From assembly GCF_000341395.1 (NCBI RefSeq), contig NC_020304.1, positions 3,810,001 through 3,842,000 on the forward strand: a DNA stretch of 32,000 bases. Reading direction: 5' to 3'. The notes under the pieces were generated by a model. It did not search any database. It saw only the letters and a list, made by a program, of their open reading frames with translations, and had not been told where the DNA came from. This DNA comes from Desulfocapsa sulfexigens DSM 10523 (GTDB lineage Bacteria > Desulfobacterota > Desulfobulbia > Desulfobulbales > Desulfocapsaceae). The translations under genes and the position numbers were made by a program. Of the stretch, positions 10,230 to 18,852 are shown piece after piece. Within the stretch, counting starts at the first letter, position 1; each line of letters opens with the position of its first letter.

Positions 10230-10408
10230 TTACCATCGAAACTCAACTTTGCAACCCCGAGTTTTTTCGTGTCGATTATATGGGACGCCATAAACCCATC
10301 CCTGGGGGCTCTACTGCGGCCATCCAGGCCGCAGATGCCCATATAATCAACACGAAAAAACTCCTCCTCAGACGGGTAGACTGAGGATTAGTGGTAATCA
10401 GGTATCGA
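10219..10408. repeat. Nested inverted-repeat element at the metW 3' end (potential cruciform or large stem structure)
   Basis: Outer arms 10219..10235 (TCGAAACCTGATTACCA) and 10392..10408 (TGGTAATCAGGTATCGA), 16/17. Middle arms 10259..10284 (GAGTTTTTTCGTGTCGATTATATGGG) and 10338..10363, 25/26. Inner perfect hairpin CTGCGGCC-ATCCA-GGCCGCAG at 10314..10334. Side hairpin CCTCAG...CTGAGG at 10366..10386. Confidence 0.85.
10309..10396 (-). repeat. 88-nt structured repeat, copy B, downstream of metW, inverted relative to copy A
   Basis: Reverse complement is TACCACTAATCCTCAGTCTACCCGTCTGAGGAGGAGTTTTTTCGTGTTGATTATATGGGCATCTGCGGCCTGGATGGCCGCAGTAGAG. Confidence 0.85.
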
Positions 10409-10555
10409 AAAGACTGAACCTGATATCAAATAGCCGACACCATTGTTTTTCCCTCTCCACTTAATAATAATTCTTGACGATTCCACCCATGGTGAACATC
10501 TTGTAGGTAAATCTCTGCAAAGGCAGTTTACCCTTACCTGAATCAATGGACTCTC

Positions 10556-11368
10556 ATGAAAGCAACAGAACAGCGATTGGAAGAACATCTCATACTGGAA
10601 AAGCCCTACTACCTCGCGGCTGGCAAGGAGGTTGAAATTGCCCTGGCTGCTCATAAAAATGGCCTCCCCCTCCTCTTGAAAGGCCCGACCGGCTGCGGAA
10701 AAACCAGATTCATGCAATTTCTGGCCTGGAAACTGAAGCTCCCTCTTATCACCGTTTCCTGCCACGATGACCTTTCAACCAGTGACCTTGTTGGCCGCTT
10801 TCTTATTCGTTCGGGAGAGGCGGTATGGACCGATGGCCCCCTGACTCTGGCGGTGCGGGCAGGCGCAATCTGCTACCTGGATGAAATTGTAGAGGCCAGA
10901 AAAGATACCACGGTGGTTATTCATCCCCTCGCTGATGACCGCCGCGAACTCCCCGTTGAGAAACTCGGGGAACTCCTCAGCGCTCCTCCTGAATTCATGA
11001 TCAGCGTCTCCTACAACCCTGGATATCAGAGCGTGCTGAAGGATCTGAAGCCCTCAACACGGCAACGCTTTGTTGCCATTTCCTTTGACTACCCAGAACC
11101 TGACACAGAAGCTGAAATTGTCGCAATCGAGGGTGGTATCGACAGAAAGCTTGCGCTTTCCCTGGTAAAACTGGCCGGAATGACACGAAGCCTCAAAGAA
11201 TCTGGGCTGGCGGAAGGTGCATCCACACGGCTCCTTATCCAGACGGGACAGCTGGTTCGTGATGGAATAGACATTCACACAGCCTGCCGTGCCGCACTTA
11301 TTGAACCACTCAGCGATGACCCGGAGCTCCTTGCTGCCCTGGAGGAAATGGTAAGCTCAATATTCTGA
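10556..11368 (+). CDS. MoxR-type AAA+ ATPase, CbbQ/NirQ/NorQ-like
   Basis: GPTGCGKTRFMQFLAWKL Walker A; HDDLSTSDLVGRFLI; AICYLDEIVEARKDTTVVIHPLADDRRELPVEKLGE; SYNPGYQSVLKDLKPSTRQRFVA. Confidence 0.92.
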   Translation: MKATEQRLEEHLILEKPYYLAAGKEVEIALAAHKNGLPLLLKGPTGCGKTRFMQFLAWKLKLPLITVSCHDDLSTSDLVGRFLIRSGEAVWTDGPLTLAVRAGAICYLDEIVEARKDTTVVIHPLADDRRELPVEKLGELLSAPPEFMISVSYNPGYQSVLKDLKPSTRQRFVAISFDYPEPDTEAEIVAIEGGIDRKLALSLVKLAGMTRSLKESGLAEGASTRLLIQTGQLVRDGIDIHTACRAALIEPLSDDPELLAALEEMVSSIF

Positions 11369-11387
11369 TGGATTTATAGACACCAGT

Positions 11388-13673
11388 ATGAAACTCGCAC
11401 TGCTCACAGAACGCTTTTACGATCTTGTTGCTCCTGATATCCCAAATGAATGGGACGTTGAAGAAGTGCTTGATCCTCTGGTAGATGAGACAGATTCTGT
11501 CTGTGAAGCAATCCTTGGCCACATACCGATCATCTGGCCTGTTTCCCACTCGCTCTGTTTTGATTTTCTTCGCCTGCTTCCAGATACCTTGAAACACCTG
11601 GATCTGGAGCAGATCCCTCGATGGATCGGAATCACCCTTGATCATTATGAAACCGATGGACTCCGTGCAGCCCAGCGTTTTATGCAGGATGACATTGAAA
11701 CCTACCTCTCGAAACTTTCCGGAACCGGAGGCCTCAGTCTTGTTTCCGTTGAGAAAAAGCTTCTCCCTTACATTCGAGGCATAGCACGAGACGAATTGAA
11801 TATTTGTGGTTGCAGACAGATTTACACCGACACTGCATCCATCTTTATCCCGGATGAACTCAACGTTTTCAGCGAACATACCGATAATTTCCTTCTTTAC
11901 AAACTTATAGTCACCTTTCAATGGGGATTCATAGCCTGTAGAAGTTTCGTAAACTGCCCTCCTCCAAACCACGTTCATCAGGGAAACGAAGAGGACACGC
12001 TCTGGCTCCGATCATTTATTGAGTCTTTCAAGGAACCTCTACTCGCCCGGGACATTTACCACACCCTGGAATCCATACGAGTACGTGTTTTTCTCGAACA
12101 GGAATTTCCAGGACTTGTCCGTGCCGCAGGAAAACATATTTTCCCACACCTCCAAGCTGACAGCACCCACTCGCTGAGCGATCTGCAGCGGTTGCTCATT
12201 GCTAATAAAGGCCAATTAGATAAGCACCTAGGCATTATTATAGGTGAACCAGAAGCCAATAACTATATTCACGGACACGCTTCTGCATGCGACTCGGTGC
12301 AACTCACCACAAAACTCTATCCCCTCTTCAATACAAACTCCGTTGAGGAGTATACGCCCATTTTGGCCTTCCCTTTCCAGGGCGTTTTGAGATTGCGTGC
12401 CGTAGACTCCGCCTGCAGGGTTCGTGAACACAAAATGGGTGAACAGTTTGCCGATATGATGGCAGCACATCTCCTTTCCCTTTCCAAAAAAGAACTGAAC
12501 AGAATCTTCAAGGAAGACAAACTGGACAGTGGTGAGAAAGGGCTTGCCGAATCAGATATCAGTATGATCATGGACAGTGAATTTGCCCAGACTGTCGACC
12601 GGGAAAAAGAGGCACCCCTGCTGGTCACTATTAATAACGAAGAAGTGCAGATGCCAGAGGAACTTGAGAGCTTCTCAAAAAGTTTCTTCGATGAATTTGG
12701 ACACCTTCCTGTACAATTTTTGTCAGCCGCCGCCGGAAAGGCAGGACAGGAGATGCTTGAACACAGCGTTACCGGTCAGAATGAAGCGATGTCACCATCC
12801 GCTGATGCCCTGCTCTACGATGAGTGGGATTACCGGAGGCAGGGCTACAGAAAGAACTGGTGTTCTCTGCACCTGAAAAATCTGAAACCCATTCACTCTT
12901 CCTTTATCCAAAACACCCTTAACACCTATCATGGACTCACCATTCGCCTGCGGCATCAGTTCGAGATGATGCGGAGCCAGGAACGCTTCGTCAAACGCCA
13001 GCGGGAAGGAGACGATATTGATTTTGATGCCTTAGTCGAGTCTATTTCCGATTCCAGTGCAGGAATTTCTTCCTCGGACCGCCTGTTCATCCGTCTGAAA
13101 CGTGACGAACGTGACATCGCTGTTCTCTTTCTGGTGGACATGTCCAACTCCACGGCCGGATGGGTCAATAACGCCCTGAAGGAATCCCTGGTTCTTATGG
13201 CGGAAGCCATGGAAGTGCTGGGGGACCGTTACGGAATATACGGTTTTTCGGGAATGCGTAGATCACGCTGCGAGCTCTACCATGTAAAACATCTTACAGA
13301 ACCCTATGGCGATGCAGTCAAGGAACGCATCGGCTCAATTGCCCCAAGCGAATATACGAGAATGGGGCCACCCATTCGCCATGCCACCAGCCTGCTCAAG
13401 GAAATCGATGCCAAGGTGCGCCTTATTATCACCCTGACAGACGGCAAGCCCGAGGACTATGATGATTACAAGGGTGAGTACGCCATAGAGGACACCCGTC
13501 ATGCACTCCTTGAGGCCAAGGCTGCAGACATCCACCCCTTCTGTATCACCATTGATCATCATGCCAGGGATTATATGCAGCACATGTATGGCCCCGCCAA
13601 CTATATATTTATCGATAATGTGAGAAAACTCCCTCTCAGGATGCCAGAGATTTATCGCGTACTAACCAGTTAA
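11388..13673 (+). CDS. CbbO/NorD-like von Willebrand factor A domain protein
   Basis: Large protein directly downstream of the CbbQ-like ATPase; C-terminal VWA domain with MIDAS-type DMSNST and TLTDGKPEDYDDYKGEYAIEDTRHAL. Confidence 0.9.
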   Translation: MKLALLTERFYDLVAPDIPNEWDVEEVLDPLVDETDSVCEAILGHIPIIWPVSHSLCFDFLRLLPDTLKHLDLEQIPRWIGITLDHYETDGLRAAQRFMQDDIETYLSKLSGTGGLSLVSVEKKLLPYIRGIARDELNICGCRQIYTDTASIFIPDELNVFSEHTDNFLLYKLIVTFQWGFIACRSFVNCPPPNHVHQGNEEDTLWLRSFIESFKEPLLARDIYHTLESIRVRVFLEQEFPGLVRAAGKHIFPHLQADSTHSLSDLQRLLIANKGQLDKHLGIIIGEPEANNYIHGHASACDSVQLTTKLYPLFNTNSVEEYTPILAFPFQGVLRLRAVDSACRVREHKMGEQFADMMAAHLLSLSKKELNRIFKEDKLDSGEKGLAESDISMIMDSEFAQTVDREKEAPLLVTINNEEVQMPEELESFSKSFFDEFGHLPVQFLSAAAGKAGQEMLEHSVTGQNEAMSPSADALLYDEWDYRRQGYRKNWCSLHLKNLKPIHSSFIQNTLNTYHGLTIRLRHQFEMMRSQERFVKRQREGDDIDFDALVESISDSSAGISSSDRLFIRLKRDERDIAVLFLVDMSNSTAGWVNNALKESLVLMAEAMEVLGDRYGIYGFSGMRRSRCELYHVKHLTEPYGDAVKERIGSIAPSEYTRMGPPIRHATSLLKEIDAKVRLIITLTDGKPEDYDDYKGEYAIEDTRHALLEAKAADIHPFCITIDHHARDYMQHMYGPANYIFIDNVRKLPLRMPEIYRVLTS

Positions 13674-13825
13674 TCTGCTTATATTGTTTCTACTCTGCGG
13701 AATGCAGTTGACAACTATTCTTACAATGATAAGCTTTTAGGCAAGCTTGTTATTGCCAGTTTTTTCCGTACCATCAATACAAGTACCGAAGAATTCTCTC
13801 CATTGCACTACAAGAGGCCTGCTCT

Positions 13826-14770
13826 ATGTTTACCCGACTACAATTAAGTGACTCCACTGCTGCCAATGTTGAATGGGACATGACTCCTGATCTTGCCTTT
13901 TGTACATTTTCAGCAAAGGGATTACGCGATGACTTGAGCAACAGTGACGAACGGGTCTGTTATTTTTTTGTTGATAACTATGGAGAACTACCAAGACTCT
14001 ACCTGATGGAACGAGGAACGCGCTTTGTCAATATTCTTGCTGAGGTTAAAGCTCCCATAGAGATGCTGAATGACGCTATTATCAGCCATGGCAGTGCCCT
14101 CTCTTCCAAAGACAATTTCCCCGTTGACGCAGCATTAAAGGCATGGTTGATCAGCGAAGTCGTGGAACGGGAAAACAGTCCTTTTCTTTTCCCAACGCTT
14201 CAGCAGAGCACAGAGCGTGAAGATTTTGGAGTTCCACTTCCTGTCGCTGGAGAAGGCGGGTTCCAAGGACCACGACGATCCCTCCCTCAAGAGCAATGCA
14301 CTCTTTCTGAAAATCAACTGGAGCAAATCATCACTCAGTGGAACTTTTACGACACTCTCCTGAACCCTCTTGGAGAATTCACCAACGCACTGACGGACAG
14401 TGGCGATGGGCTCACTGTCATCGATGAGGCAACAGGAATCATGTGGCAGCGATCCGGTCTGGATCTTTCTTCAATCCGTAAAATGACACGTGATATTGAA
14501 GAACTCAACAAAAAGAGCTTTGCCGGATATCACGACTGGCGGTTTCCCACTGTGGAAGAGGCAATGTCACTTATGGAGACCAGTCCAAATGCCAAGGGTC
14601 TCTATCTCCATTCCTGTTTTTCCAAAGAACAGCCCTTTATTTTTGTTGCCGCAAAACGTTCCCCTACGGGCTACTGGTTTGTGGATTATAAACAGGGAAA
14701 GGTGTACTGGTCGTCAGGTACTGTTCCCGGAGGATTCGCCAGGTTATGCAGAAATGGTGCGAAACGTTGA
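13826..14770 (+). CDS. DUF1566 (Lcl C-terminal) domain protein
   Basis: C-terminal GLTVIDEATGIMWQRSG...FAGYHDWRFPTVEEAMSLME...YWSSGTVPGGFARLCRNG is DUF1566-like; the N-terminal half is not assigned. Confidence 0.75.
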   Translation: MFTRLQLSDSTAANVEWDMTPDLAFCTFSAKGLRDDLSNSDERVCYFFVDNYGELPRLYLMERGTRFVNILAEVKAPIEMLNDAIISHGSALSSKDNFPVDAALKAWLISEVVERENSPFLFPTLQQSTEREDFGVPLPVAGEGGFQGPRRSLPQEQCTLSENQLEQIITQWNFYDTLLNPLGEFTNALTDSGDGLTVIDEATGIMWQRSGLDLSSIRKMTRDIEELNKKSFAGYHDWRFPTVEEAMSLMETSPNAKGLYLHSCFSKEQPFIFVAAKRSPTGYWFVDYKQGKVYWSSGTVPGGFARLCRNGAKR

Positions 14771-14832
14771 TAATCAGGAACTTGTGTATACTTTCACCCC
14801 TGACACTATTCACCTTAACAGGTATATTTCAG

Positions 14833-16494
14833 ATGAGGAAAGCAGGAAGGCCGATACTGACAGTATTCAACGCAATTCTTATTCTTCTTCTCTCTACCAC
14901 CACAGTTTTCGCAGTCACTCCCGCCCAGATCAACGCTGAATTGCTCAAAAATGTCTCTACAAATCCTCAGGGAGTAAACGGGGCTGAGTGGTGCAACCTT
15001 CAGGCAATACGTCAAGAACAGTGGATCTGTAACGTTTACCATACTCTTGGTGTTCGTCCCCTGTGGGTAGATAGCAATGGCCCGACTGAACAGGCCAAAC
15101 ACATAGCATCCGCCCTAACATCAGGTACAGCCGATGGGTTTAATCCCGATGACTATGGTGTCCCGAAAATAGAAGCACTTTGGGAAAGTCGAACTGCCGC
15201 AGATCTTGCCAGGCTGGACATGGAGATAACCATCGGTCTCCTCGAATATATCCACGATATGCAGAAAGGTCGATTTGCCCCCAAATTCAAGGATCCGAAG
15301 CTTTTTGCTCAGGCAGGAGGCAATTCTGTTTTCAGCCCTGTCAAAGCCTTGACTGAAGCACGCAGCAGTACTGACATTACACTTTTCCTGGAAAATCTTG
15401 CGCCGAGGCATCGCCATTACCGGGAACTGAAGAGTGCTTTAAAACATTACCGATCCATTGCTGAAAATGGTGGCTGGCCAGTGTTTCCATCTGGTGAAAC
15501 ACTACACCCGAACGACTCGGATCCACGTGTTCCTGCCCTTCGGGACTTGCTGACAAAAACTGGAGACCTGGCAAAGGAGATTGATTCAAGCCAGCAAGTA
15601 TATGATACCGAGCTGGTGGAGGCCATCAAACGTTTTCAAGGACGACACAGTTTAGAAATTGACGGAATCATAGGGAAGAATACCACAAATGTCCTTATAG
15701 TTCCCGTTGAAAAACGTATTCAGCAGATCCTTATAAATATGGAGCGCTGGAGATGGACGAAGCATGAACTTGGCTCCAGGTATGTGCTTGTGGACATTGC
15801 AGGATTCAACCTTCAGGGAGTGGTAAATGATATTCCACAACTGGAGATGCGAGTCATCGTCGGGAAACTCCATCATGCGACCCCTGTTTTCAGTGATGCT
15901 ATAAAATATATTGAATTCAATCCGTTCTGGAATATCACTTCGAGTATCGCTCGCAATGAAATGCTGCCGGAATTGAGAAAGAACAAGAACTACCTTGAGA
16001 CCAAACATATTCGACTTTTTTCAAACTGGCAGTCTGACGGAAAAGAGTTAGCCCCCGAAACCATTAACTGGGATGAGGTCAGTCGGAGACAGATAAGTCG
16101 CTACAAATTACGCCAGGATCCGGGCCCATGGAATGCCCTTGGTGTTGTTAAATTTGTATTCCCAAACAAGTACAGTGTTTACCTCCACGACACGCCAGGT
16201 CAGGAGCTGTTTAAAGAGGAAAACCGTGCCTTCAGCCATGGCTGTATCAGACTCAACAAACCGAGAAAGCTTGCAGAGTTTCTTCTTGCATTCAATAATG
16301 CGGGATGGACGGAGGAAGTAATCAATCAGGTTATTGAAAAGAAAAAACGAAGAGTCGTCAGGTTGGTCGAGCCAGTTCCGATACATCTGGTCTATCAGAC
16401 AGCATGGGTAAATAAAAACGGAACACTGCACTTCAGCAGGGATATTTACGGGCGTGACAAGAAACTTATAGAAGCCCTGTTTGGAAAGGGATAG
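14833..16494 (+). CDS. L,D-transpeptidase (YcbB/LdtD-like) with peptidoglycan-binding domain
   Basis: MRKAGRPILTVFNAILILLLSTTTVFA signal-like N-terminus; PG-binding LVEAIKRFQGRHSLEIDGIIGKNT; catalytic HDTPGQELFKEENRAFSHGCIRLNKP. In-frame ATG at 14833 preferred over 14746. Confidence 0.9.
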   Translation: MRKAGRPILTVFNAILILLLSTTTVFAVTPAQINAELLKNVSTNPQGVNGAEWCNLQAIRQEQWICNVYHTLGVRPLWVDSNGPTEQAKHIASALTSGTADGFNPDDYGVPKIEALWESRTAADLARLDMEITIGLLEYIHDMQKGRFAPKFKDPKLFAQAGGNSVFSPVKALTEARSSTDITLFLENLAPRHRHYRELKSALKHYRSIAENGGWPVFPSGETLHPNDSDPRVPALRDLLTKTGDLAKEIDSSQQVYDTELVEAIKRFQGRHSLEIDGIIGKNTTNVLIVPVEKRIQQILINMERWRWTKHELGSRYVLVDIAGFNLQGVVNDIPQLEMRVIVGKLHHATPVFSDAIKYIEFNPFWNITSSIARNEMLPELRKNKNYLETKHIRLFSNWQSDGKELAPETINWDEVSRRQISRYKLRQDPGPWNALGVVKFVFPNKYSVYLHDTPGQELFKEENRAFSHGCIRLNKPRKLAEFLLAFNNAGWTEEVINQVIEKKKRRVVRLVEPVPIHLVYQTAWVNKNGTLHFSRDIYGRDKKLIEALFGKG

Positions 16495-16520
16495 GGCTAC
16501 AGGAAGCTTGTGGAAGAAAA

Positions 16521-17072
16521 CTACCAGAAACGGACTCGGCCAGTGTCCAGATGAACGAAATTGGATTTACCATAAAAGCCAACTCCACCACGCTTCATAT
16601 CAAGAGCGCACTGCTGGACTTTTCTGGTTGAGACCCCTGTCATCCGTATATCTATAGCCTGTCCCAGCATATGAAGACTTCGTTTTGCAACCTTGGAGCT
16701 CTTCTTACTGAGCTGCTGGTTCGTTTTGAGGGAGCGATATCCGGAAATCACTTCAAAGGTTCTCTGTCCTCCAAATTCTCGACGGATAGAACTCAGTATA
16801 TCGAGAAGATGCGGGTCAATGGGATGCATTTCCCCGGTACGGAAGTCTCTAAGAAAGTGGTTTATTTTTGACAAAGCCCGCGGATCATACCGATTTTGGC
16901 TGCCATACACAATATCCAGCTTTTTCCCTGTATGGGTATGGTAAAAAGAAAGCGCACGAGGATTGCTTGCTGCTTCGGATATTGCCGGCAGAGACAAAGC
17001 GGTAACTGTCACCACCGCCATTGATAAAAATTGACGACGATTTATAGAGGAATTTAATATAGTTGCAGACAT
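16521..17072 (-). CDS. YcbK-like DUF882 (peptidase M15-type) protein with Tat-like signal
   Basis: NRRQFLSMAVVTVTALSLPAISEA signal; VISGYRSLKTNQQL; RSLHMLGQAIDIR; GGVGFYGKSNFVHLDTGRVRFW. Confidence 0.88.
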   Translation of the reverse strand: MSATILNSSINRRQFLSMAVVTVTALSLPAISEAASNPRALSFYHTHTGKKLDIVYGSQNRYDPRALSKINHFLRDFRTGEMHPIDPHLLDILSSIRREFGGQRTFEVISGYRSLKTNQQLSKKSSKVAKRSLHMLGQAIDIRMTGVSTRKVQQCALDMKRGGVGFYGKSNFVHLDTGRVRFW

Positions 17073-17382
17073 AATACTCTTTCATATGGACGTTTCAAGA
17101 AATTCTAATTTTGTTGTTGTATTCAAATTTACCACAAATTTCAACCCCTCCGACTAAATATACATTGAATATTCCATCTTTTTTCACGATTGGCTCATAT
17201 GGCGCCACGTGACAGTTAAAAAAATGGGTCACAAGCCAAATCACAAGACAATCGAGAAATTCCCATCTACAATCCAGCTCTCTCCTTGTAATTTTCCCCT
17301 CGCTTCATGTAGAATTCAACTAAGGAACCATAAGGAACAAAACAGAATACCATCAGCATGTTAGGGGAAAGGAGGCTCTCTA

Positions 17383-18771
17383 TTGACTACTGAAACCGAC
17401 AAAAAGAGAGACACCTTCGAGTTAACCAAGATTTTCCGCAATATTCAGAAAAAAAAAGAGGCCTATTCACACTATCATTTTTCCAGGGCTCAGGATGATA
17501 TCTTTAAAACATTTTTTGACCTTGCCCAAGAGTATGATTCTATAAATAATTTTTACCGTATATCCGTTGCCGTCATCAAGTGTTTTATGATGACAGATGC
17601 TCGTCTCCACCTTTGGGATCCATCGGAAAATAGCCTTATGATGGTGTGTGACAGTGTTCACGGTATCTCCTCTGAAAAACTCAAAACACCATCCTCTGTC
17701 GTACTCAGTAATGAATCCTATTTTATCGAAGATTCCTTCTTTGTTCCCATATACAGTAAACACTATAACAGAGAAAATGAGACACAGGTTCACACAGATG
17801 TTCTCGGTATGCTGGAAGTTCTGGCTCACCGCGAATTAAACGAAGAAGAACAGTTTTTTCTCAAAAAATACGCCAACAGGATCGGCTTCAATCTTCACAA
17901 CAGGAATATTACGAGACAAAATAATGATCACCTCAAATTCATCAAAAACCTTGTCCAGGATATTGAGCATAATGTCATCATCCCCAATATGTACTTCACC
18001 CATCTCTTCAACCGACTTTTAAAAAAAATAAAAGAGATAAACAATCTTGAGAAAGAGAGAAGACGACTGCAATATCAAGAAAAGACGGAAGAATATAATC
18101 AGCTTAACCAAAAAACAGCCTTTGCCATTGAAGATTTACTTCATATCCACAACGATCTACAGAGACATCATACTCAGACCAGCATGTTCCTCGAAAGCCT
18201 TTTTCGCCGGGATCACTTTGAGAAAGGCCATCTGGTTCTTCACCTCAAGAGATGTCTTGTTGATAAAGATATCATAGCTCCCCAGCTTGACCACTATAAA
18301 AGTCGTTTAGAGCATCGCGGCATTACAATTGAGAGCCCCCTGGACATGATCGGGGAGGAGATCCCATTACGTGTTGATATTGGCCTCCTCTCCCAGGTGT
18401 ATGCAAATTTATTCTCCAATGCAGTAAAGTATACCAGGGAAATAATCGACTACGATGGTCATCCGGCTAAAGTAATGGCATATGGGCGTGATATTTTGTT
18501 GAACTATTTTGGCCCTGGCAAGAACGGAATCAAACTCAATGTATTTACCACTGGCCCTCACCTCACTCGTGACGAAGCTCTCACAATCTTTGCTGAAGGG
18601 CATCGGGGTGACAACACCGGCAATGAGCCAGGGAGTGGGCATGGTCTCCAGTTTATCAAACAGGTCGTTGAACTCCATAAGGGGGTTGTTGGCTATGAAC
18701 CAACGGCAGGAGGCAACAACTTTTATTTCATTCTTCCCCTTCCCCGGTTAAAAACGATCACCAGCGAGTAA
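17383..18771 (+). CDS. GAF-like/HATPase sensor histidine kinase
   Basis: TTG start preceded by GGAGG. N-terminal GAF-like region; HATPase motifs YANLFSNAVKYT and EPGSGHGLQFIKQVVELHKG; atypical phosphoacceptor region LVQDIEHNVIIPNMYF. Confidence 0.8.
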   Translation: MTTETDKKRDTFELTKIFRNIQKKKEAYSHYHFSRAQDDIFKTFFDLAQEYDSINNFYRISVAVIKCFMMTDARLHLWDPSENSLMMVCDSVHGISSEKLKTPSSVVLSNESYFIEDSFFVPIYSKHYNRENETQVHTDVLGMLEVLAHRELNEEEQFFLKKYANRIGFNLHNRNITRQNNDHLKFIKNLVQDIEHNVIIPNMYFTHLFNRLLKKIKEINNLEKERRRLQYQEKTEEYNQLNQKTAFAIEDLLHIHNDLQRHHTQTSMFLESLFRRDHFEKGHLVLHLKRCLVDKDIIAPQLDHYKSRLEHRGITIESPLDMIGEEIPLRVDIGLLSQVYANLFSNAVKYTREIIDYDGHPAKVMAYGRDILLNYFGPGKNGIKLNVFTTGPHLTRDEALTIFAEGHRGDNTGNEPGSGHGLQFIKQVVELHKGVVGYEPTAGGNNFYFILPLPRLKTITSE

Positions 18772-18852
18772 TAGCCAGAATATCTGTCCATTGTGAAAAT
18801 ACACATAGATATCATACCAGCACGCCATTACTGACAAAAAGGAAAAATTTGC

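Noticed and set aside
10388-10765. 125-aa minus-strand ORF overlapping the repeat element and the start of the CbbQ-like gene
   Set aside because: Antisense to a confident CDS start, and part of it is the structured repeat; no family features.
11310-11978. 222-aa minus-strand ORF
   Set aside because: Overlaps the AAA+/VWA operon antisense; the sense proteins carry canonical Walker A and VWA motifs.
14490-14939. 149-aa plus-strand ORF bridging the DUF1566 and L,D-transpeptidase genes
   Set aside because: Out-of-frame overlap of two supported genes; its translation has no family features.
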